DNA of 64,000 nucleotides, from positions 310,001-374,000 of the forward strand of contig JBODTK010000145.1 in the NCBI GenBank assembly GCA_050613775.1. The letters run 5' to 3'. Below, one piece after another: positions 22,955 through 37,424 of the stretch. The position numbers and the translations under genes were made by a program. This stretch comes from Neocallimastix sp. 'constans' (Eukaryota). The notes below the pieces were generated by a model, which made no database searches, was not told where the DNA came from, and saw nothing but the letters and a program-made list of their open reading frames with translations. Numbering within the stretch: the stretch's first letter is position 1; each line of letters opens with the position of its first letter.

Positions 22955-25483
22955 TTGTTTGTTTTTCAAATTCTTTATTTTAATTAAAAAAAAATAGATA
23001 TTGTTAATAATGTTTCTCAAACGAAAGTCTATTCAGCAGCGGATCCCACTGATACATTTGATATTAACTATGCATTTAATCTGGATGCCTTAAAAAATAC
23101 TTACTCCTCAACGACACCGACCATTGGTTATATATTACCAGGTAACAATCAGGATGAAACTATTATTAATAAAATAAAAAGTAATGAGATATTTCAAAAG
23201 TCACCCGTTCAATTCGTTCAATTTAACCATCAGAATGAAATGAATGAATTTAATAATAATTATCATAATCTTTTAATTGCTGGAATTATCTTTGAAAGTG
23301 AGGACTACTTACATTATACCCTTCGTGTGAACAGTACGGCTGCCCCAGATCCATCAGGAGAGTCGATGATGAATTATGCCTTAGGAAGATATCAAAGTGA
23401 GGAACATGGGAGAACCGATGCTGATTTATATATATCTACTTTTTCTCCATTGCAAGCTGCCATTGATGAAAGTATCCTTCAGATAAGAACAAAGGATGAT
23501 CAATTGAAGATGCAACATTACATTGGTAAATTAGGAAAAGCCGCTTGTAATAGAAGAAACACAAATAATGGTGGTAATTTAGCCTATTATATTTCAATTA
23601 TCTATATGATTCCTATCATTGTCATTGTCGTTAATTTGGTGAAGGAAAAAGAGGAAGGCATTAAGGATGGTCTACTAATGGCAGGAGTTCATCCTACCAT
23701 TTTTTGGCTTTCTTGGTTAGTTATTTATATCTTTTTCTCATGTATTATTTCTGTCTTTGTTACCGGTATTTTTTATTTTACTAAGACATTCGCTAATGTA
23801 CAAGTGGTTATTACCTTTTTAGCCTTATTCTTCTATGGGCTATGCTGCTGTTCTCAGGCATTCATCTTCAGTACTCTATTCAAGAAGAATAAAACAGCGG
23901 GAGCCACCGTTTCTATCGTCATTGTTGCCCTCTCCTGTTCCAATATGATCACTCCTTTCCTTAATATCATAGTGCGTAAAATATTATCACCTTTTCTCTG
24001 TCAAATTGCTATTGGTTCTCTTGTCTATGAAATTGATGATATGGAAAATAAATTTATTAATTTGACCTTCCGAAAACTTCTCCATTCCGATGCAGGTTAC
24101 TTCTTCTTTGCCTTGATTTTAAATAATGTGCTCTGTTTCCTCTTAGCCATCATTTTTGATAATCTATTTTCAAGTGAGGAAGGTAGATATCTTTCTCTTT
24201 TTTATAAGAGAGGTAAGAGCCATCTCATGGAAAATTCTGAAATTAGTTATGAACAGGATATTCAGGAGGATTTCCATGCACAAAAGGGTGAAAAATGTAG
24301 AGTAGAGGTGAATCATGTTCATAAAATCTTTCCAAGAAAGAAGGATAAGTCATTAAAAGATAATGAATCAACTTCTTCTTCTTCTTCTTCTAGTGATGAT
24401 GAAAAATCATTTTTAGCGGTGAATGATATCAGTTTTAAGGTTTATGAAAATGAAATTTTTTCAATTTTAGGTAAAAAAAAAAAAATAAAATAAAATAAAG
24501 CTTAATCTTTTAAAAAATAAATTTTAAATTGAAAATATATAGATTTCAATTATTATTATTATTTATATATATATATATATATTTTTTTTTTTTTTCCATA
24601 TATATATATATATATATTTTTTTTTCCATATATATATATATATATATTTTTTTATAAATTATATCATATATATATATTATTATTATAATTACTTAACTCT
24701 TATACATATTGTATATATTTTTTACCTCTCAATACTCATTAGGTCATAATGGTGCTGGTAAAACTACCCTTATCAATATTATGGTTGGACTTTTGAAAGC
24801 CTCTCAAGGAGAGGTCTATTTTGATGAAAGAAGTATTTCTAAGAATACCAATCGTATTCGCAAAGATTTTGGAGTCTGTGCCCAATACAATACTATTTTT
24901 GAAAATTTGTCGGTGGAGGAACATATTCGTTTCTATGCTGAATTAAAAAATATAAAAGTAGATGTCGATGAAGTCTTGAAGGATATTGATCTTCTTCATC
25001 AAAAGGAAATGAAGGCCGTCAAATTAAGTGGTGGACAAAAACGTAAATTATGTATTGGTATGGCATTGATCGGCAATCCAAAATACGTTTTCTTGGATGA
25101 ACCTACCACTGGATTAGACCCACTTTCTCGTCGAAAGATTTGGGAACTGCTATTGAAGAAAAAAATGGGAAGAGTTATCTTTCTTACCACACATTATATG
25201 GATGAAGCTGATATTCTTGCAGATCGTAAATTAATTCTTTCTAAAGGTAAAATTCGTTGTTTAGGGACCAGTCTCTACCTTAAAAATCATTTCAATATGA
25301 GCTACGATCTCGATATCGAAACCAATCAAAGGAATCAAATTCAGTCTATCATTCATCACTATATCCCTGAAGCTACCTATGTCTACTCTCAAAATCAAAA
25401 TCAAAATCTAGAAAATGAGGGTCAAAATCAAAATCAAAATCAAAATAATCAAGATAAAGTAGAATACTTTAATAATAATATTG

Positions 25484-25519
<36 letters not shown>

Positions 25520-28457
25520 GTTTTTCTATGGAAGGAAATGATGTTGAAATTCAATGTCATACCTGGAAATTACCTATTAATACAACGGATAAATTCCCAC
25601 CACTCTTAAATAAATTGGATGAATTGATGGAGGAAGCTGATAAACATCCTGAATATCAAGGAGGCTTAGTGAAGAAGTATGCTCTTAATATGCCTACTTT
25701 GGAAGAATTATTTGTTCATTTAGAGGATCATGTCTATGATGATGATACCCGTATCCACAAGAATAGTTCTTGTAATTTTGATAACGTTTATAATTCAAAA
25801 ACTTCAATAGATATCACAAATTCTAAACCTAATAATAGTAATAATAATTATCACCATTCCACAAATGGCCTTCTCAGACCTAGATTGAAGATTACTCCTA
25901 CCGACTCTACCACCACTCCTGAACCTACCAATGATATTGCTATTGATATTACGAATAATAACGGTTTACCCGAATTAAAAAGTGTTTCCCCACCCAGTAA
26001 TCTTCATCTCATTGGCTATCTCATTCGATCTAGATTAAAAATTTTTGTGAAGGATAAGGGATTTGCCTTCTTCGCCATCATCTTCCCAGCTATAATTAAT
26101 GGAGTCATGTTCTTCATTACTCAACGGGTCTTCATGAAGAAGTCGAGCTCTTCTAAATCCGGAATAATTTCTATTCCTTCGATGTATAGTCATGCCAACT
26201 TCAATATGGAACCTAAGGCTCAACTGCCCTTCACAGAGGAGGATGTCATCACAGCGATGGGTGGCGGGGCGAATCGTCAGTTCTTAACTCATCTTCCTTT
26301 AAATATGATTCCTAATCCTCGTCGTGAGGACCCTTACTATCTTTCCTCGTTCGGTGGTCGTGAAGTGACTCCTCATCACTTTAGATTTGATATTCATTAC
26401 AATGATACCATGATTCATGCTATCCCCGCTACCATAAATGCCTTAAGTAATGCTATTCTTGCCTCTAAAAATGTTAGTGACCGGATCGTCATCACCTCAC
26501 ATCTCTATGACACCACCGGTTGGGATGTGAATACCATGGTAGGATTAACCATCTCAGGATTTATGATTGGCTATTGTATTGTCGCTAATATTAATCGATT
26601 TGGACCGTTGATTGTGAGGGAAAGAGAGCTACAGCTGTTGAAACAGCTTCAGTTGAATGGCGTTTCCCGTAAAAATTATTGGATTTCTTGCTTCTTAACG
26701 GATGTCCTTCTCTTCCTCTTCTCTTGCATTTTAATCTTTTTAGTTGGTATTGTCGTACAATTTGAACCATTACTCGATTTTAAAATTTTAGCCCTTATCC
26801 TGCTGCTATTAATCGTTTGGAGTGTGCCTACCATGCTCTTTCAATACGTAACAAGTTTCCTCTTTGATAAGGAGGAATCTGCCTTCTCTGCCATGCCTCT
26901 CATTAATACCTTCCCTGTCATTTTTGGTTATCTTATCTTCATGTTGATCGGTATGAACTATAATATCTTTGATGGAATTATGAAGGGAAAGGGCGTCATC
27001 GGTCCTGTCGCTAACCTCTATAATATTATTCTTAGTGCCATTACTCCTGCTTACGGATTTGTGGCCATGGTGAATTCTATCTTTACTATGAAAGCCTATG
27101 AAAAATTAATGAATTATGATCTCACCTTCCATCATTTAATTCAATTTAGTAATGGTATTTCTCCTATCCTTTTGGTCTTGGTGGTGGTAGCTTTCGTTCA
27201 TTTCTACCTACTAATACAACTAGACATTAAAAAGAATCAAACCAATAAAAAGGATATTCATGAAATGCCGGAGGAACTTCTTTCTCAACGTTTAAAAGAG
27301 CTAGAGGAAGGAGACGAAGATGTCCGTAAGGAATACTATTATGTGAAGGATCATCAACAAGACCTACCTCTCAGTGTGCTTCATCTCAGTAAGGAATATA
27401 GGGCTACCTTACCTACCGATAAAGAAAAGAAAAAGGAGATCATGAATCGTGATCCTCTTCATTATAAATTTGGTGAAATTCATAAATCCTTAATCCCCAC
27501 CACCACCACCACCAATAAATATGTGAAAACGGCTGTAGTGGAGGTAAACTTTGGCGTCAGAAATCATGAATGCTTTGGTTTATTGGGTCCTAATGGTGCG
27601 GGTAAGTCGACCACCTTAAATACTATTACCGCTACCATCCCTCAAACCACGGGGACAATTTGTTTCCATGGCATTCAAAGTCATATTGCTCGCTTAGGAG
27701 AAATCTCTATGGGTTACTGTCCTCAAAATGATATTCTCTGGAAGGAATTAACCCTACGTGAACATTTGGAGCTCTTCCTTCGTATTCGTGGCTATACCGC
27801 TCAAGAATCGAAAGCCTATGCCACACAATATATTCAAATCCTCGGACTGGAGGAACATCAACATAAACGAGCCGAAGATCTCAGTGGTGGTACTAAACGT
27901 AAACTTTCTCTTCTCATAGCGATCTGTGGTTATCCTCAACAGATCCTATTGGATGAACCCTCCGCAGGTATGGATCCTTCCACACGTCGTTTAGTCTGGG
28001 ATACGATCAAGAAGACAAAGAATAGAAATGATTCTGCCATCATCATGACCACTCACTCCATGGAAGAAGCAGAGAATTTATGTGATCGATTAGCCATTCT
28101 CATCAATGGACGACTCTCGTGTATCGGTTCTCCAGAACATTTAAAGATGAAATTTGGGGACAGTTACATTTTGGAATTACAATCCTCCAATTTAGAGCAA
28201 TTCCATAAAGAAGTCGTGGAGAGAAGGAGTGCCGGTGGCGGTAATCCTCTCTTTGATGGTCATGACTATGAGATGGAAAAATCCTCCATGGATCGTGTGA
28301 AATATAAGGTGAAGATGACCCATCATCTGGGATATGTTTTTGAGGTCATGGAAGACTGTAAGAGACGAGGACTCGTCTCCGATTATAGTTTTAATCAGAC
28401 CACGCTAGAACAGATCTTTATTAACTTTGCTAAGCAACAAGTGATCAATCCTGAATG

Positions 28458-28458
<1 letters not shown>
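22173..28458 (+). CDS. Full-size ABCA-subfamily ABC transporter (~1769 aa); exons 22173-22175, 22484-22601, 22998-24470, 24743-28458
   Basis: N-terminal QLKALIKRNLLLK...EIFLP ABCA motif; two TMD/NBD halves; Walker A GHNGAGKTT (spans intron 3) and GPNGAGKST; LSGGQKRKL and LSGGTKRKL signatures; LDEP Walker B; C-terminal TLEQIFINF. GT-AG junctions keep frame. Confidence 0.92.
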
Positions 28459-28490
<32 letters not shown>

Positions 28491-29176
28491 AGAGTTGAAA
28501 TGAAATAAAAATAAAATGAAAAAGGAAAAAAATTAAAAAAAAAAAATTAATTTGATATAAATAATAAATTAATTAAAGAATATCTAAAAAAAAAAAAAAA
28601 AAAATTAATTAATTAATTATTTATTTATTTTTTTAAATTTTTTATTTTTTTTTATTTTTTATTTTATTACTATTATATCTATATCTCTCAATTTCTATTC
28701 ATTTATATATATATATATATATATTATTTCTTTCTCTTTTTTTCTCTCTCTCTATTTTGATATACTATTACTATTACTATTATGTATTATCCAAATAGGA
28801 TGAATTAAATTATTCCTATTATTAATTATTTTTGTTTTTAAACAATTAATTCATTATTTTATAAATAATAATTTTTTTTATAAATATATTATTTATTTAT
28901 TTATATTTAATTTTAATTTAAATACTTAACTATTAAATACTTTTTTTTTTTTTTATTATTTTTATTTTTACTACTTTCTTATTGACAAACAAACAAACAA
29001 AAAAATAAAAATAAATAAATAAAAATAATTTAATTATATTATTTAATAATAACATTTTATATATATATTTTCTATTGATTTTTTTTTTTTAAAAAAAAAA
29101 AGAAAACTAATAATAATAATAATAAATTAATTCTTTTTTGAATTAATTCTTTAAATAATAATAAATAAATATATAA

Positions 29177-29219
<43 letters not shown>

Positions 29220-29220
29220 T

Positions 29221-29722
29221 CTGGTGTGTATTGCCCTTAGTTTCAGTCAGCCCCCCGCTCCTCACCTCAAGGATAGTGAGAATATTGAAGTAGTCACAAC
29301 ACTTTCCTATGCTTTTCGTATAGGCATAATAATGTCCCTGCTGGACGGCCTTACAGAGTATTCAGCATTGGCGCTTTGCCATGCATATTATTGCTGAGAA
29401 TTTCTCAAGTACCCTTTTTTCCCGGAATGCTTCTCCATTTCAATTTTCTAACTTCCCTTTGAAGTGAGGCCAGTATAATCTAACCTAATAAGACACGTAT
29501 TAGCTCCCCTTGGCAAAGGCATATAAATGTCTGAAAGAAGGAAGGCAGTTTAGTTGAATATATCTACATATCTACATCACTTAAGTAGATTAAATATCTC
29601 TATTGGACACATGAAATGTATCCAAAAGCTAGTAATTCCCTTGTAAATATATTAAATGATAGTATTTGCTGCAACCCTCTCAGGGCCCACAGGACAGTAT
29701 CTTGTTTAAATTAGGAGTTTTA

Positions 29723-29723
<1 letters not shown>
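29221..29723. mobile_element. GC-richer non-coding repeat flanked by outward-facing (TTA)n and (AAT)n tails; probable non-LTR retroelement 3' end(s)
   Basis: No ORF; several hairpins (CTCAC/GTGAG, CCTATGC/GTATAGG, TGGC/GCCA); sharply bounded by trinucleotide runs. Confidence 0.45.
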
Positions 29724-29773
<50 letters not shown>

Positions 29774-29809
29774 TAATAATAATAATAATAATAATAATAT
29801 ATAATATAT

Positions 29810-29972
29810 ATATAAGGAGAGGGGGAAATACTTTCCTATAAACCTAACCACCATATTCCGTAAAAAACCTCTTGTGAGGAAAACTGGGATAATGGTTAAA
29901 GAGGAGAAGATCGAACCAGGAGCCTTATGTATGTATGCGTATGTATACTACTCCACGGACTAACAACCAGGA
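29810..29972 (-). mobile_element. tRNA-derived SINE-like element
   Basis: Minus strand: A-box-like TAGTCCGTGG (29962-29953), B-box GGTTCGATCT (29917-29908), hairpin body (TAACCAT...GTGGTTA, CCTC-ACAA-GAGG), then a (TA)n/(TTA)n tail. Confidence 0.55.
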
Positions 29973-31375
29973 TAGAGAAATATGAAAATAAACCTGATGA
30001 TGCTGATAAAAAAATTTTAAGGCAGGTGCCTTTAAATTGATTGAAAAAATTCTTTTCAACGTTACGGAACAAGAAATAAATATATATAGATGAGAAAATC
30101 TATTAAGAAGGTGTAAGTTAATTATTTGATAAAAATGCGCTTGAAACTTTGGTTAATATTAAAAATGAATTTTATGATAGTAAAACAGAAAAATTAGTAA
30201 AAAAAAAAAAAATTCAAGAGAAATAAAAAAAATTATTTACTTTAAATATTATGGAAAATTTTTATTATATTCAAAATGATGGCTTTTATATTATGATAAT
30301 GAGGTTGAAAGTTTTCAACGAATATTAATTCTTTATGGATGTTATTTCTACTAAACTTGAACAAATCCTTAATAAAGTGATATTCTTCATTAAAAAAATG
30401 CAATTAGCTAGGATGGCAAAAAACAGAATCTCCTGATAAAATATGCAACTAGTAGTACTATTTGATGCTTTGTCACTTGTCCTTACCTTTTTTCATTAAT
30501 ACAATGAACAAAGATAGAGATGATAAAGATAATTACTATTGAAATACTAATAATCTACTTTTAAAATATTTTTGAACAAAAAAATAAAAAACTAAATAGA
30601 AAAATATATTATAACTATTAGATTATATATATATATTCATAATAATAAAATTTAAAACAATCAAATATTTTATATGATAAATAACAATTTATTCGTTAAA
30701 ATTATTTTTATCAATAAAATCAAATAATATATTTCAATACAATAGAATTAATTATTTTTACAATTGTAAAAATTTAATACATTATCATTTATTTATTTGA
30801 ATATAATGACCTTAATTATTATTACAATACTAAAATAGTATTATATAATTTATTAATAAATAAATAAAAATTATTTTATTTGCTATTATATACAATAAAT
30901 TTTGGAAAATATTAAAAATAATTAGGATATATATAAATTATCATATTTTCATTATTAGAACCATTTTTTTTTTTTTTTTTGGTAAAATAATTATTTCCTT
31001 GGAAACTTTTAGTATTGCTTATGTATTTATTTAATAATTATCTATTTATATATATATATATAATTTTTTTTTAATATTTTATTAATTATTATTTATTATT
31101 TAATATTTAATACATATTATTTAAACTCCTTTAATTTACCCCTATTCTAGCAAAGGCTTAGATATGAATTGAACCAATAAATAACAACAAAATCTTATTG
31201 GTTACCAATTGGATAAAAATATTTAAAATTATTAAAATAATTTTAATTTATTAATTTATTTATTTTATTTATTTTTATTTATTTATTTATTTAACTTTAA
31301 AATTTGTACCAAAAAAAGACTTAATTTTTATTTATTTATGTTTCAAAAAAAAATTAATAAAATAATTTTTAAAAT

Positions 31376-32421
31376 ATGGGAATATATAAAAGTTATGAAG
31401 AAAAATTATTAAAGGCAATATGGACTAATGACGGAACAAAAGTTAAAGTAATATTAGAAAATCTTAAAAAGAAAAATAAAACTTTGGAATTGAATGAAAA
31501 AAATGGATATGGTTCATATTATCTTTTAATTGCTAGTAATAGAAATAATATAAGTATAGCTAAAATACTAATAGAATATGCAAACAATAACAATATCATT
31601 TTAAATTTGAATAAAAAAGACGAAAATAATGATAGTTATCCTTTACTGGAAGCAACTTCAAATAGTAATATTGAATTGGTTAAATTATTTATTGAATATT
31701 CTTATAAATATAATATTATTTTGGAACTAAATGCATACAATAAATATGGAGTATATCCTCTGTTGTGTGCTATAGAAAAAGATGGTAATAATATTATTCA
31801 TACTTTCAATGAAAATGAAAGCTTTACATTCCATACCCTCAAAAAAATTAATAATACAGAAATAATTAAATTACTTATTGAATATGCAAATAATAAAAAT
31901 ATTACTTTAGAATTGAATGAAAAAGATAAAAATGGATATTTTCCAATTTTAGAAGCAACTTTTAAAAATAATATTGAAATTGTAAAAATTTTAATCAACT
32001 ATGCTAGTAGTCATAATATTGTTTTAAATGTGAATGAAAAATCAAGTTTAGGAAATTATCCTCTTTTATTTGCTGTTATAAATAATAATGAGGAAATGGT
32101 TCAATTGTTAATTGAATATGCAAATAATAATAATTTGATTTTAGATTTAAATGAAAGAAATCAGAATAATCAGTATCCACTTTTACAAAGTATTACAAAT
32201 AATAATATGAATATAGTTAATTTATTAATAAAATATGCTAAAAATCATAACATTAAAATGAAATTAAATAAAAAAGATATTACAAAATATAATTCAAATA
32301 TATCAACCGAAATTTTGAAATTATTACAAAGTTATCAAGAAGATAAAAAGAAGGTAAAGTTATTTATGTATATATATCTTTATATTAATAAATAATAGTA
32401 TATATTGTTATATTAAATTAT

Positions 32422-32477
<56 letters not shown>

Positions 32478-35426
32478 GATTTAAATATTGATATAATAAA
32501 AATATTTATATATTGATATTTACACCATTTTTTTATTCCTGTCAATTTTTTATAATTATTTAAATACTTTTATTCACTGTATAATAATATAGTTTGAAAG
32601 AGAAATATATGACAAAGAAATTATAAAAAACAAAAATGAGATAATGGAAATAATCGAAATAATTGAAAAAAATGAATTGGAAGAATGTAAAGCAAAATTA
32701 ATATATGAATTATGGGAAGGTGTTAAAAATAATAATATTAAAAAAGTTGAAATGATATTGAAAAAATGTGATATATATGATGACAGGGACTTTTTAGAAA
32801 TAAATAAAAAGAACAATGAAGATGATTTTCTTCTTAATCATGCAACTAAAATTAATAATATGAAAATGGTTGAAATGCTTATGGAATACTCTAATAAATG
32901 CAATATTCTGCTAGATATTAATCAAAAAAATAAAGATAAGACTTATCCATTGATTACTGCCATCAATAAAAACAATATTGAAAATGTAAAGTTATTTATA
33001 GACTATGCCAGTAAGCATAATATTCTTTTAGAATTGAATGAAAAAGATATTAATGGATATTATCCACTTTTAGAGGCTACCTATAATAATAATGTTGAAA
33101 TAGTTCGCTTATTAATTGAATATGCCACAACTCATAATATCAAATTGGAAATGAATGAAAAATCAAATATGAGAAATTATCCTCTTTTATTAGCGATTTG
33201 CCATAATAATGTGGAAATCGTAAAGTTATTAATGAAATACAGTAATGATCATAATATAGTTTTAGATTTAAATGAAAAAAATCAGAATAACCAGTATCCA
33301 CTATCACAAAGTATTACAAATAATAATGTGAATATAGTTAAATTATTAATAAAATATGCTAAAAATCATAATATTAAAATGAAATTAAATAAAAAATATT
33401 TTACAAAGTATAATTCAAATATATCATCCGAAATTTTGAAATTATTACAAAGTTATCAAGAAGTTGAAAATAAGGTAGAAGTTATTTATGTATATATCTT
33501 TATATTAATAAATAATAATATATATTGTTATTTAAAAAATATATTTATTTTTTAAGGATTTAAATATTAATGAAATAAAAATATTTATATATTGATATTT
33601 ACACCATTTTTTTTATTCCTGTCAATTTTTTATAATTATTTATATTCTTTTATTTACTGTATAATAATATAGTTCGAAAGAGAAATATATGACAAAGAAA
33701 TTGAAAAAAAAGAAAATAAGATAGTGGAAATAATAGAAAGAATTGGAAGAAATGAATTGAAAGAAAGTAAAGCAAAATTAATATATGAATTATGGGAAGG
33801 TGTTAAAAATAATAATATTAAAAAAGTTGAAATGATTTTGAAAAAGAGTAATAAGAGCAATTTCAATAACATTCTTGAAATAAATAAAAAGAATGAAGAT
33901 GGTGATTTCCTTCTTTATCACGCCACAAAAAATAATAATACAAGAATCGTTGAAATGCTTATGGAATACGCCAATCAACATAGTATTATTTTAAATTTGA
34001 ATATTCAAAATAATGAAGGTGCTTACTCTCTTTTAAATGCTACCGCCAATAATAATCCTGAAATGATTCAAAAATTAATGGATTATGCCAACAAAAATGA
34101 TATTATTTTAAGTATTAATAAGCAAAGTAAGAAGGAAGATTATCCATTAGATTGGGCAACACGTCTAGGGAATATAGCAATAATAAAATTGTTTATAGAA
34201 TATGCCGACAAGAATAATATACTCTTAGATGTTAATCAAATCAATGAAAACAAAACATATCCAATGATTACAGCAGCTAATAGAAATAATATTGAAATCG
34301 TCAAGCTATTTATCGAATATGCCAATAAACATAATATTATTTTAGAATTAAATGAAAATGATAAGAATGGCTATTATCCACTTTTAGAGGCTACTTTTAA
34401 TAATAATAATGAGATGGTTCATTTATTAATAGAATATGCTAATAATCATAATATTATTTTGGAAATGAACGGATTAACCAATAGGGGAAATTACCCTATT
34501 TTGTTTGCTACTAAAAATAACAATATCAATATGATTAACACTCTTTTAGCTTATGCTAATTATAATAATATTACTCTTCATATAAATGAAAATGATTTTA
34601 ATAATATATCTGAAATAAAAGAAGAAACGATTAAACTATTACTTCAAAATGAAAGTGAAGTTATGGTAATAGATTATAATAAAAATGGCCGATTTTTAGC
34701 GATAAAGCAGACCATGAATGAAAATAGAAATGAAAATCCCAATATAAATATAAATACAAATATAAATATTAATGCAAATGTAAATATCAATGCAAATATG
34801 AATATAAATGAAGATCATGAAGATATCAAAGGTAAAAATTTTAAAAAATTTAAAAAATTTAAAAATAAACAATATATTAACGATCAAAATAATTTGAAAT
34901 ATATATATATATATATATTTTATGAATATAATTAAATATTTATATAAATATATATATATATATATTTTTTTTTTATTTTTTTTTTTATATTATCAACTTA
35001 TTTTTTATAGAAGATGAACCACCTGCATATAATGATATCGTAAATAGCACCAATATCGGTAATCAAAGTTTTTCATTATATCCTTGTACGGTTTCTGAAC
35101 AGTTTGCCCCTTTTCAAAATCAATATCCAATACCATATCCATATTATAATTCTCATAGTTCCTTTCCTTCATATAATCAATATTATATACCACCTTCAAT
35201 GCAAAATAATCCTTACCTACCTCAAAATATATTAAAACCAGATCTATTTCAACCCAATCAAAATCAAAATCCTCAAAATCAACTGGTTATGCAATCCATT
35301 ACACAAAATTATATTCAAAATTATCCAGTGCCAACCGCATCTCAAGGAATGAGTCAACGAACTTCAAATCATAGTAGAAAAGGTAAAAATACCATGAATC
35401 CAACCAATTCCTATTATGTACAATAA
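31376..35426 (+). CDS. Ankyrin-repeat protein (~1144 aa) with Pro/Tyr/Gln-rich tail; exons 31376-32353, 32593-33474, 33673-34831, 35011-35426
   Basis: Many G.YPLL.A...NN.EIVKLLIEYA repeats. The three ankyrin ORFs and the 35199 ORF join in frame via GT-AG introns (phases 0, 0, 1). PPAY motif at the start of exon 4. Confidence 0.85.
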
Positions 35427-35662
35427 GGGAGCAACCGACAATACAAAATAATACACCACCTCTTTCCTTCATATAATCATCATTAGAACAATTTCAACAA
35501 CAAATTCAAACTCAGCAACAATCACTACTAATCTCATTTACCTTCTACTGCTAAAAGTAAGAAATAAAAAATACCTGGAAAAAAAATATATATATATCAA
35601 TGAATTACTATCTATGAATTATAAATTTATTCCATCTGTATTCAAACTCTCATCAAATCAGG

Positions 35663-35698
<36 letters not shown>

Positions 35699-35719
35699 TT
35701 TAATTTAATAATAAATAAA

Positions 35720-35965
35720 TTTTGTCTTTTTATTTTTGTTTTTTTTTTTTTTTTGTTTTTTCTTTTTTTTGTTTTTTCTTTTTGTTGTTGTTTTTTGTTT
35801 TTTGTTTTTTGTTTTTTTGTTTTTTGTTTTCGTTTTTTTGTTTTTTGTTTTTGTTTTTTTGCTTTTGTTTTTGTTTTTGTTTTTGTTTTTTTTGTTTTTT
35901 GTTTTTTTTGTTTTTTTGTTTTTTGTTTTTTTTTTTGTTTTTGTTTTTGGTTTATTTTGTTTGTA
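35720..35965. repeat. (T4-8G)n low-complexity tract
   Basis: Poly-T interrupted by G. Explains the three spurious Phe-rich ORFs. Confidence 0.9.
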
Positions 35966-37424
35966 TTTTTTTTTTATCTATATTATATTCATAAATGTAC
36001 AAATTATATTTTTTTTTTATCTATGTTATATTCATAAATGTACAAATTATTTCTTTTTTTTTTTTTAATAAAAATTTTAAAGAGTAGTTATAAAATAAGT
36101 ACATTCATATTGTAGTATAATATCATACATGACTTGTTCTAGTGTGTAATAAAACTAATGAAGTAACTTATTTTATAAGATCATTTATACAAATACGAAA
36201 TTATTTATAATAATACGTTATTGTTATTTCTTTTAAACCATATTTTTTTTTTTTTTTTAAAAAAAAAATTTTTTTATCGAATTCATCGGACAGATAATTC
36301 TCTTGTTGGTTCCCTTCTCTTAAATTAAATTACTTATATATACATAATTTATTATTTATTATTTATCAATCTCCGATTTTTATGAATACTTTTTATTTTT
36401 ATTTTTTTGTTTTATTTTTTTTATCAAATAAAATATTTTAAAAAATATTTTGTATATATAATTACAATATTTTATTTTTCTAATTTTTGTTTTATTTTAT
36501 TTTATATTTTTTTATAAAATAATGATATATCACAATATCATATTTTTCCTTAGTTTTAAAAAAATATTTTATCTTTATTTTTATTAATATTAATATTAAT
36601 ATTTAATTTATAAGTTGGTAGTTCATATTTTTTTTTTTTTTTTTTTTTTTTTGATAGAATATACTGATAACATACACTGATTTAATTTGTTAAAGTTATT
36701 TAAATTAGTTTAATTACCTGATATTTTAAATTTAATTATCAATTTTTTTTTTATTTGAATTTAATTATAATCATAACTTATATTTTTACAATCAATTTTG
36801 TTGTCTTGATTTGTTATATAAATTTAATTGGTTTAAATTACTCTTAGTAAATTTATAATGTAGTAATAAAATATTATATGATATTATATTGTTTGGATGT
36901 AATAATAATTATCATTATATATATTTATATATTTATTTTTTATTTGAATATTTTTTTTTTTTTCAATAACAACAATTAATTATTAATATATTTTAATGTT
37001 ACCATTAAAATTATTACTTTTATATTTTTTTATCAAAAAATTATTTTATTGAACTTAATATCACCCAATATTAATTTTTTTAAATAAAAAAAAAAATTAC
37101 TAGTAAAAATACGTATATCATAAGAGAGTTTACCGTAATATATAGATATATAAATAATAATTTGAATAAATATCATCATAATAAAACATTAATGTTCATT
37201 ATTAAACATAAAAATTATTAAAACATCTAATATTAAACATGAACCTTATTAAAACATTTAATAAACGTATATTAAATAAATGTTTTGAATTAATATTAAC
37301 AAATAAATATGAATTTAATTATGTATATATTAAAATAATATTTAATTTTATCATTTATATTACATATAATTATTATCATAATAATATTTATAATTATTAA
37401 ATTTAAAATAAGTAGCAACCTTTA

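Noticed and set aside
29980..30480. Possible Copia gag remnant (…KAGAFKLIEKILFNVTEQE…)
   Set aside because: Coding-like but fragmented, with no diagnostic motif.
35722..36068. Three overlapping Phe-rich ORFs
   Set aside because: Translation of a T/G low-complexity tract.
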